From Candidatus Roizmanbacteria bacterium RIFCSPLOWO2_01_FULL_35_13 (GTDB taxonomy: Bacteria > Patescibacteriota > Microgenomatia > UBA1406 > GWC2-37-13), in NCBI GenBank assembly GCA_001789635.1, contig MGAF01000026.1, forward strand, positions 5,055-69,054: a stretch of 64,000 nucleotides of DNA, read 5' to 3'. This document shows, in pieces, positions 34,816 through 44,300 of this stretch (position 1 is its first letter; every line of letters begins with the position of its first letter). The position numbers were made by a program, and so were the translations under genes. The notes beneath the pieces are model-generated. The model was not told the DNA's origin. It did not search any database and saw nothing but the letters and a program-made list of their open reading frames with translations.

Positions 34816-35109
34816 TCAGTTCAAGTAAATTACTTTTTGTTTAGCAACTTTTTTAAATTTATCTGACACATCGGAAAAATCTACTACGTCTACAGTGTAG
34901 GGTATGTCGGATTCTTCGAAAAGTTCTTTTATCTCTTCGATCGTTGAGCCTCGAATTTTTCTTTTTGTTTCAATACCAATATCTATATCGCTGAACTTCA
35001 TAGCTTTGTCCGAAGCTCTTGACCCAAAGATAAACACCTTGTCTCTTTTAGGATCGAGAAAGCGGAAGACGATTTTATTTATTTGCCCAATAATATTTTT
35101 ATTTAACAT
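34816..35109 (-). CDS. minimal nucleotidyltransferase (MNT) partner
   Basis: GSRASDKAMKFSDIDIG (GS..D.D motif). Confidence 0.8.
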   Translation of the reverse strand: MLNKNIIGQINKIVFRFLDPKRDKVFIFGSRASDKAMKFSDIDIGIETKRKIRGSTIEEIKELFEESDIPYTVDVVDFSDVSDKFKKVAKQKVIYLN

Positions 35110-35156
35110 GTAATAATTGTAACATATTAGAAGTTTATAAAGTATAATTTGTCTAT

Positions 35157-35435
35157 ATGAAGCCTTATTTTATTTGGGATTATGATCTGACAGAAAAAGA
35201 CGTAAAAAAAATTCTGAAAGACGGTAACGAGTTTAGCCGAATCTGGTTGATATCAAGGATATTGGAAAGTGCCAAATATGAAGACGTCTGGAAATATGTC
35301 AAACTTGATGAAGTTTTACAAATTTTCCCAAGACTTAAATTGAAAAAACCGATAAAAAACGCCTGGCTGAATGCCTTTAAAGCTTGGGGAGTTAATAACA
35401 ATATAAATGACAATTATCACACCATCACAAAGTAA
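35157..35435 (+). CDS. hypothetical protein, likely partner of the downstream AbiEii-like gene
   Basis: 29-bp overlap with the next ORF. No motif recognised. Confidence 0.4.
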   Translation: MKPYFIWDYDLTEKDVKKILKDGNEFSRIWLISRILESAKYEDVWKYVKLDEVLQIFPRLKLKKPIKNAWLNAFKAWGVNNNINDNYHTITK

Positions 35436-36063
35436 ATTTTTAGAGAGTTTTTTTTCTACCCATTTAAAAAAAGATTTTTTTTTAACAGGTGGAACCGCTT
35501 TAGCCGAATTTTATTTTCATCACCGTAAAAGTGAAGATATAGACCTTTTTACTATAAATCAAGATATTAGTTTTGACGGCGTAAACGCTGAAATTCTCAA
35601 TATTATAAATAGTTATAAGGCTCATATAGAGCATCAGGTTTTTGGTCCTACCTTTCTTCAATATATTTTGAAAATTGGAAATGATTCTCTGAAGATTGAT
35701 ATGGTTAAAGATACTCCGCCGCATTTTGGGGAAGTAAGAGTTTTAGAGAGTTTACGGATTGATTCGCTAGAAAACATTGCTGTCGGAAAACTGTTAGCGC
35801 TATTTGGACGAGCCGACACTAAAGATTTTATAGATATATATTTTCTTTTAGAGATTGAGAAAAAATTTACTCTGACTGAGCTTTTCAAGATGGCAAAAAA
35901 GAAAGATTCTGGCTTAGATGAGTTTTATCTGGCAGAAATGATGACAAAAGCGACTGATATAAAACTTTTCCCAAAAATTCTCAGACCTTTTGATAAAAAA
36001 AAGCTGGTCAAATTTTACCTCGATCTTTCCGACAAACTCTTCAAAAAAATAAAACCTGTATGA
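35407..36063 (+). CDS. nucleotidyltransferase AbiEii/AbiGii toxin family (DUF1814-like)
   Basis: FFLTGGTALAEFYFHHRKSEDIDLF. Confidence 0.7.
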   Translation: MTIITPSQSKFLESFFSTHLKKDFFLTGGTALAEFYFHHRKSEDIDLFTINQDISFDGVNAEILNIINSYKAHIEHQVFGPTFLQYILKIGNDSLKIDMVKDTPPHFGEVRVLESLRIDSLENIAVGKLLALFGRADTKDFIDIYFLLEIEKKFTLTELFKMAKKKDSGLDEFYLAEMMTKATDIKLFPKILRPFDKKKLVKFYLDLSDKLFKKIKPV

Positions 36064-36135
36064 GAGTGAAAAATATAAATGTATATCGTGTTATCAGTAG
36101 GTACGGCCAAAATTTCCCAAGTCATAACTGATAAT

Positions 36136-36816
36136 CTAACTTTTTCTCTTCAGGAAAAATTTAATAGCTAATGTCGTTGTAATATGAATTACTAATGATA
36201 ATAATAAATAAAAATTAATCTGTGTTAAAAATGCAACAACCGATTGTCTTAAATTGTCATTCCGGAAAACAATATCAATTTTTATATCAAATACATATAT
36301 TATGCCGCCAATTAATATGAGGACAGGTGGAATGTAAATAAGATCAATAAGATCCTGCTTTGACGAAAACATGGTAGAGGAAATTACAAAGATTAAATAA
36401 ACAATTAATATGTTTAGAAATACATTTTGATTGGGAAATAATTTCCAACCAAAAAGAGCAAGAAAAAATAAGAGACCAACAAATAAAGGCGCTAAACCGA
36501 CTAATACTCCTCTGAGAAAATCTTTCTTCTCATATAATACATGGCCTAATTTCAGATGATTGTCTTTCCACTCCGGAAATACTTTTATATCCCTTACTCT
36601 TAAAAATAAAATAATCGCTGCAAAAAAATGTGCCAGTTCATGTATGGTGGTGCCGGGAAAAAAGATAAAAGAAATTATACTGAATACTGTTTTATCATTT
36701 TTAAAAAATCTTCTGAGAAAAAAGAATAGTTGATTAATAGTGTTTCTGGAAATAAAAAAAAGCGTTATTAGAAGTAAGATTAAAACCCCGAATTGTAATG
36801 GTAGATAACTTAGCAT
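36136..36816 (-). CDS. polytopic membrane protein with HExxH (putative metalloprotease)
   Basis: GTTIHELAHFF within a hydrophobic context. Confidence 0.4.
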   Translation of the reverse strand: MLSYLPLQFGVLILLLITLFFISRNTINQLFFFLRRFFKNDKTVFSIISFIFFPGTTIHELAHFFAAIILFLRVRDIKVFPEWKDNHLKLGHVLYEKKDFLRGVLVGLAPLFVGLLFFLALFGWKLFPNQNVFLNILIVYLIFVISSTMFSSKQDLIDLIYIPPVLILIGGIIYVFDIKIDIVFRNDNLRQSVVAFLTQINFYLLLSLVIHITTTLAIKFFLKRKS

Positions 36817-36983
36817 TATTTGAATTATAGTATATATTCCTGTAGTCTTTTTATACCACTATGCTTGTTATAAGTCTATAAAATCAATGACGGCTTCGTT
36901 GGGTATTTACCTACATTGATGATCTGACGGGTATAATGCCTCGAAGCTATCATTCTATTTGATTGATAGTGAAGTGGCATTGT

Positions 36984-37361
36984 ATGGATACGAATGTAAA
37001 AACCGACGACTCCAGTAATGCGGAAGAGTTCAGAAAGATGATAGAAGTGGAGGTTCTTAAAATTATTAAGGATCTGGCTGAAAATGGATTGACTCCTAAA
37101 GAAAGAATTCAGGAAATAGCCGAATCGACTCTTAATTTAATAAAACCAGGAATGAATATAGAGGAGCTGTATGGGAGTGCGGTAAAGTTGGATGATCGCC
37201 ATTCCGAACTGGCTCCGGTAGTGTTTAAAATCATGAAAGAATATGAGGAGAAGTTTGAAAAAAAAGCCTTGGTGCATGTAAGCCAACTGGTTAAGGAAGG
37301 TAATTTTGACAAAGCTCAGGATATGGTCAAAAAAGTTTTACTATTTAAGTCGTTAAGTTAA
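36984..37361 (+). CDS. hypothetical helical protein, first gene of the giant-protein operon
   Basis: ORF with ATG at 36984; its stop lies 1 nt before the next start codon. Confidence 0.5.
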   Translation: MDTNVKTDDSSNAEEFRKMIEVEVLKIIKDLAENGLTPKERIQEIAESTLNLIKPGMNIEELYGSAVKLDDRHSELAPVVFKIMKEYEEKFEKKALVHVSQLVKEGNFDKAQDMVKKVLLFKSLS

Positions 37362-37362
37362 T

Positions 37363-38256
37363 ATGACAGCAATCGTAAATCCCGAACCGGCCGTAGCATT
37401 ACAAACTACTCCCGAGGCGCGTCCTGCGGGTCGTTTCACTCCATTGAAGGAAAGATTACAGGGATTATTTTTTCGACAAGATAAACAGAAAGTTATAACT
37501 ACGGCAGAAGCGGGAATTAAAAATGGCAGAGATGAGTCAAGAAGAGCTTTACTTTTAATCAGAGATTTTATTCAGGGAGTAAGAATAAAGGAAAATATAA
37601 GTAGTGTGGTGGCAATGATGGATAGTAAATTGCGGGTATACGAGTCAAGCAATGATCCTAAAGACAAAGTATTGGGTTTGTCTTTGAAAAAAGCAATAAG
37701 ACAGTGGCAGATCGCACAGCTTAATTCACTCGTCAAACAAAAACAAAATGCAATCGATAAGGGTGACCTTATCCCATCACAAAAGGCAGAACTTGAGTCG
37801 GAGATGTCCGATCTGCAAAAACAGATTAACGGCAGTAAAGAATCTGAATCCGGAGAAGCAAAAGGAGGAATTGTTCAGGAAATAAAAGTACTGGATGAAA
37901 CTAAAGCTAAAATTGGAACAGATATTCCCGATCCATTCACAGAGCTCGCTAACTTATTGGAAGTTCCGGCCGAGATGATGGCGGAAAATCCCCTCGATAC
38001 CGTGGTTAGAGTGATGCAGCTTAGGTCAAAGGATGTTAAAGACGAAAGACAGTTTGCCGATTATTTAAAGAAAAAAGGAACACCCAAAGATGTTATAGCC
38101 GCTTACCAGAATGCTCTGCGGGTATTGAAAGGAGAGCCGACCAAGGCTGAAAAATCCAAAAAAATAATCTTAGTCGGCAGCGGCTTGGCCGCTTTGTTTA
38201 GTTTTATACTGTTGTGGAAAGGGGCAACCGGTGAAAAAAATCAAGCGTATGCTTGA
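37363..38256 (+). CDS. hypothetical tail-anchored protein
   Basis: Long helical/charged region and a single C-terminal hydrophobic helix, IILVGSGLAALFSFILLW. Confidence 0.55.
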   Translation: MTAIVNPEPAVALQTTPEARPAGRFTPLKERLQGLFFRQDKQKVITTAEAGIKNGRDESRRALLLIRDFIQGVRIKENISSVVAMMDSKLRVYESSNDPKDKVLGLSLKKAIRQWQIAQLNSLVKQKQNAIDKGDLIPSQKAELESEMSDLQKQINGSKESESGEAKGGIVQEIKVLDETKAKIGTDIPDPFTELANLLEVPAEMMAENPLDTVVRVMQLRSKDVKDERQFADYLKKKGTPKDVIAAYQNALRVLKGEPTKAEKSKKIILVGSGLAALFSFILLWKGATGEKNQAYA

Positions 38257-38372
38257 TTTTTATTTTTAGTTCGATGATAATGAATTAAGTTTCGTTTATG
38301 CCTTGTAGCCCGATTAAGTTCGGAGTGTAGTGGTATTAATTCGAGTTATTTATTGTTATATGAAAAAATAAA

Positions 38373-41300
38373 ATGGGTGAACCTAACTTTAACCAGTCTG
38401 GAGAAATTACCCAACCTAATTTAGGCAAACCGGAAAACAAATTCTGGATAAATTCAAAAGGTGAAAAGATAATTGCAGAAAAAGGCAAGGTACCTACATT
38501 AGTGGATGTTTTTAATCACCGCTATCAACAGTATGAGCAGAAAATGAAAAAGTTGTATGAAAAAGCAGAACTTGCTAAGCAAAATCCAAATGATCCTGAA
38601 AAACAATTAACTCAAAGGGAATTTCTTCAGCTTTTTAAATTTGAAAATACAAAAGCCGGTAAAAGAGAAGTTCTGGATAAAAATAAAAAGATAATCTCTC
38701 TCCCTTTAATTGATCCTAATAGTCCGGATCCGAGCAACCCTTTAAAAATTGAGTCTCAAGAAGGCCCGGCAGCGGATGGGTTAATAGATTTTCTTAAAAC
38801 TGAAATAACACCCACTCAAAAAGATATACAAAAAGTAATCGAAGATCTTACATTTCTTGATCAAAATACCGAAGATTTTAATAAATTACACGCTGATAAA
38901 GTCAAAGACCCTAAATTCTATAAAGCAAGATTAGATTTTGAGGCTCATGCTATTTCAGAATTTCGAGCACGTATGGGTTTGTCACCCGATAAAAATCTTG
39001 ATTGGGAGTTGGCAGAAAGAATCTTAAGTGAAAGAAAAGAATTGACATTTAAAGTCGAAAGAAATGAGCCTCAAAAAGTAGAAGTTATCCAAGCAAAAGA
39101 GATCCCAAAGGTAGAGAAATTAACCAAGTCTGATGTCCGAAAAGTATTCCAGGAATCTTTTGCAGAATACAGCAAATCGATGGAGAGGTTACTTAAGGAA
39201 CCTGATCCTGGTAGGTTAACGGCTGATGAAAGAAAAAGGATTGAAGATTATCAGGAAACTAAAAAAGCATGGGAGGATCTGCAAAATAACAAAAGAAAAG
39301 AAATTACCTGGAAAGACAAAAGAGGGATTGATCATAAAACTACCCAAAACATTCCCATAGGCGGAATGATAGAAAATTTAAGGGACGAGATAGTTAATCT
39401 TCAACTTAAAGTAAATGAAATAGGCAGTAAGGATGGTAAAGAACTGGATAGGCTTAAAAAACAAATAAAGAAACATGAAAAGAATTTGTCGATTCTTGAA
39501 GAGAGCAGTATTCCTGCAAGCAGAGTTAAGGGATCTGAAAAATATACTGTCACAAATCCGAATGACCCACAGGAGCATCTGAATATTTTGCTGAAAAATC
39601 AGAGAGCTTTAAAAGGTAAAAAAGTATTAATCCTGTCGGAAGAAGATACAGCGGTAAAAACCGCAGAAAAAAGATCTGCAGCTTCAAAAAGAGTTAAACC
39701 TGCCCCATCCGGTCAAGGAGTTGGTCTTCCGGCACCAATAACATCGGATGCAGCAAGACAACAGTTAGAAGATATTTCCGGGAAACCACCTTCAACAACT
39801 GAATCAAGTGAAGACTTACCTCCAACAGTTGAAACCGGTAAACCCGCTCCGATGCCAGAGGTACCTGAGTTAAAAACGCTGGCAAAAAAAATCAGAGTGT
39901 CGTTTGTAGCGGATGATGTTACATCAGAACAGAATGTAGCCCAGGTTGCACAGCATCTCCGAGCAGGGGATAAACCGACTTTTACAGGAAAAGATAAATG
40001 GCTGATGCCATTGCTTCATCCTGTGACTTATATTAAAAACGCCATACAAAATACGTATCTTGATAACTCTTTTGATCACCGGGAAACTCTATTCGTCATG
40101 CAGATGACGCAAGTTGGGCGAAAGCTTGCAGGGCTTGACGCAAGCGTATCACTTAATCTCAAAAAGGAAGTTGTCCAGGAAGCTAAAAATAAAGGGAAAG
40201 AAATAGTTAAAAAAGCAACAGGTTGGCAAGGGTTTAAGTTTGGAGTAAGGAATTTCTTTGCATCGTTCCTTGCGCCTGTTCAAACAGCCGAGATGCAACA
40301 GGCTTTGCAATGGTTTGATCAAAATGGAAAACAAATGATTGAACAATCTAAACAGATAAGCATAGCAAGTCAGACTTCTTTAGCCGACAGATTTTCACTC
40401 GAGGGAAAAGACGAAAATATCATTTCAGAAAAATTGGGAGAGAAAAGATACAGCTTGAATACTTTGATTATCGATCCGACTTTGCAACAAACTATTCAAG
40501 GGCAACTGAAAGATTTTGTTAAAGTATACGCAACAACTAATCTGAGTGATGAGGATTTTATAAAAAAAGTTAACCTCTATTATCATTCGGATATCCTTAA
40601 AAAAATTCCACCGGAAAAGGTAAAGGAAATTGACGGTTTACAAATTTCGCAAAATCTGCTTCGGGTTGCACAGGAGATGAAGCGTGAACCGGATGTCGGA
40701 CGAGATGAAAAGAAAACTTTGTATCAAAGATACCAGGATGAAAAAGCCTGGGATGATTTGGAATTGGATATTGTTGTTGGTAAAGGTAGAGCAGAGGCAG
40801 TTAGAGGGGATATTGAACTTTCAAGATCGGAAAGAAATTTGTTGAGATTGATTCAAAAGCGGGATTATCGGACTGATCCGAATGTTAAAGCAGGTGCAAT
40901 CTATGATGAGACTGCGATTAATTCCCAACTAGGTTACACGGCATTATATACGGCTTCATTTTTAACAGGATATGGTATTGGAGCCGCTAAATTCGGCAGA
41001 GGTACGATTCTAAAATTTTTTCATTTTAATCCGCTTATAACAGGAATTGCAGCAACCGGACTAACGGCAGCAGCCAGGGAAGGCGCAATTGGATCGTACA
41101 AGGGAAAGTTGTATGGATTGGGAGGAAGGACAGCCAAGGAATATGAGCAGATATCGAGAGAAACTGCACAGGGAAGAGAGGCAATAGCAGGTGCAAATCG
41201 CCGTAAAGAGTTTGAATCGGCATTGATGCAGCAAAAATCGGCAACAGAGTTGACTGAGGCTATTAATAGTTTTGTAAATAAGGAAGGAGAGTTGAACGAG

Positions 41301-44300
41301 CAGGATCGGAAAAGTTTGGTTATGGCAATAGCCCATGTCAAAGCAAGAATGAAATTGACCGACACGTCTTCAATCAAGGAAAAGGGATTGTTAAAAGTCA
41401 GAATGACGCAAAATCTGATCGGTTATACCGAAGATAAAAGAACCGAGGAGTTTACGCAGTTAACTTCTTCTATTTTACAAGGATTAAACAGGCTAGGAGA
41501 TTCTCCCGAAGCGTTGGATCTTGATCGAGCGCAGTCATTGATGGAAGCCCAATTAACAGTTGGAAGCGCCAGACAAAAAGTGGAGATGGAAGTAGCACAG
41601 AGATTGAAGATTAACTCTGCTGAAGCGCATGAACTGACGGATAAATACCTTGAAACATTAAATCTGCACATAGGTGAAGATGAAAAAAATGTCTCGATGA
41701 ACAGAGCGGCAAATAATTTAGCAAAATTATCCTGGAAACGATTTGGCACTTCTCTTGCAACCACTGCGATTGCCGCACCGATTCTTGGTCTTGAAGCAAA
41801 ATTATTGTATGAAGGAGCTGCAAATGTTTTTGGTACAGGTGTGGACATAGGTCAGACTATAGTAACCGGAGAACCGGCAGGAATTATTAAAGATGTAACT
41901 ACCTGGAAACAGGATTGGGATAATGTGATGGATGGCGAGATACCGATGAAGATCGATTCTACAACAGGTCAAGTTGTTTCGGATTTGTCACCACTTGAAG
42001 CGACTTTAATAAAAGTCGAAAATTATTTTGAGCCTCCGATTTTAGAAAAAGGGCATGACGTGAATATTGACGGTGTTACCGTAAGATTGCCAGAGCATTG
42101 GGAATATCGGCCGGTTGATCTGGTGGGTAATGACGGAGTTTCTGACCATGATGTAATCGTTGATCTGCGGGAAAGAGAGGTAATAGTGGATCTGACAGGT
42201 CTGACAGTTTACGCAAAGGATACGGATGGTGATGGAGTACAAGAGCTTGTTGCCTATGATAAAAGTGGACAGACAGTTACTGATTTTTTTGAGAGTCATG
42301 GAGTGAATGTCAAAGTCGGACCGGTTGTAACTCAGACTGATATTGGCACAAGAGAGATGGGAGAAACCAAAGAGTCAGTCCATGTAGTTGAACAAACTGA
42401 AACGATTGCAGCATTCGGACCCGAAGGAATTTTCACCAATCATAGTACTGAAATCGGTGGTGGAGGATCTTTGGGTAGAGAATGGGTAAGTACTTTAAAG
42501 GATTATAAAAATCCATTATATATGTGGAAAGATGCAGAAGGTAATCCGGTTGTTGACTTTACCGGCATGGCAGGCAGCGAATATAAAAATACCGGGGTTG
42601 ATATAAATCATCCGGTTGGTGTTGATAACTTTTTAGGAAAATTACAGGAAAGAACCGGGGAAGCTGTCGGTCCCGGTGAACATTTTGGAGTTGTATTTTC
42701 AACCGCCAATGCTCATGAAGGAATCGCAGTTGTAGACGGTGATAATAATGGTCTTATTGAATTAAAGGAAGGATCTGCAGATTATTCGATGAAGTGGGAT
42801 GGTGCACACTATGTTAAAACCCAGTTAGACCTGGAAGATCTGGGGAAATCACTAGCTGCAAATGACGAATGGAATAATCTTCCTCCCGGGAGAGTATATT
42901 TGGAAAATAAAGAATTGGTTAATATGGATGGGTTAAGTCAGGTAAATTTGCTGGCGCCGGGACAATCGGGATATGGAACGATTGAGGTAGCAAAGTTTGG
43001 AGACAATATGACAGAAGATTTTAACGGAGTTCATCCTACTCTTAAGGTATATTCAACGGTTCGGGGAACAGGATCACTACATGATGTTGTTGAAACTGAG
43101 CAAGTTGAAGTCAGGGACGATGATGATGCTGGCGAAAGAATACCGGTTGAAGTCGAAAAGAAAACCACAACATTTATCTTAGAACCCAGTAATAAAGATG
43201 AGACTGGTGAAGGTAGTCTTGATCTTGATTTAAGAAAGATAGGAAAAGAAATCAGTGAAGGAGTCGGTGAATGGGTTGATCGGAATGAAGGCGCAATTCC
43301 CTTGATTCCAATTGTTTCAAGACAGAATATCGAGCAGAGTATTGGCGCTGCTGTGGCTGTAGCGCGAAGTGCTACAGCGGAACAACCGCCAGCAGGCGGA
43401 ATTGATACGGAAAAAGATAAAAAAGAAAAAGCTAGATGGTTGGCTGCACAAAGGGAATTGGAACAAGATCTTCAAAAAGTAAAAGAAGATCCTACAAAGA
43501 AAGCGGATTTTAAAGATAAATGGGGTGTTTCAAGCACAGATGCTGAAGAAGATAAAAAAAGAACTACTGACGCTTATTATGTAATCAGCCATTTTGGCAA
43601 AGATGTAAAAGACAAATATGAAGCTGAAGCATTAAAAGAGGAATCAATCGAGGATCAAGCATTTATGCAAAGCATGGCCCAAATACTCGATCAAAATAAG
43701 ACTGAAATGGCAAATGTTGCCCAAAAAATTGAAACTGAGAATTTAGACGACTCAACTCCCGAAGGGAGAACTGAAATTGCAGAGATTGTCGAAACGGAAT
43801 CAGGTAAGAAAATCAAGAAAGAAAACTTTATACATTATCTTGAAATTCAAAATAAAATAAAACAAAAAGCCATCGAAAGAAGAGCGGCCGAGGAAAAACA
43901 GATGACAGAGCAGGTTAAAAAATGGGAAACTGAACCGGTCGAATCCGCAGAGTCTTCAGTAAAGCCTCCGCAAGAAGATGAAGAAAAAAAGTCAGATGAA
44001 GTTTTGAAAAAAGAGTATTTTGATCGTAAAAATAAAGCCTTAAGTGATTTAGCAGACGTTAAGAATAATACGATGGGTATAAAAGAATTTGAAGATAAGT
44101 GGGGTATTCAGGGGCAATTTGAAATTTTATCCAAGGCAAATGATGATCCTCGATCATTTGTTAAAAGCATATTTATAGCAAGAGAACTAAAAAGACGGTT
44201 CGGTCGCGATCAACAGGATTTAGTCGAGAGTCAAATAGTTGAACAATTACCCAATGAAAGAAAAAATGCATATATAAAAGTAGAAGAATTATTTAATAAT

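Noticed and set aside
36907-36937. Sigma70-like promoter for the giant operon (TTACCT -35, TATAAT -10).
   Set aside because: The spacing is 19 nt, the -35 is weak, and AT-rich DNA yields many such matches. It cannot be supported without transcription start data.
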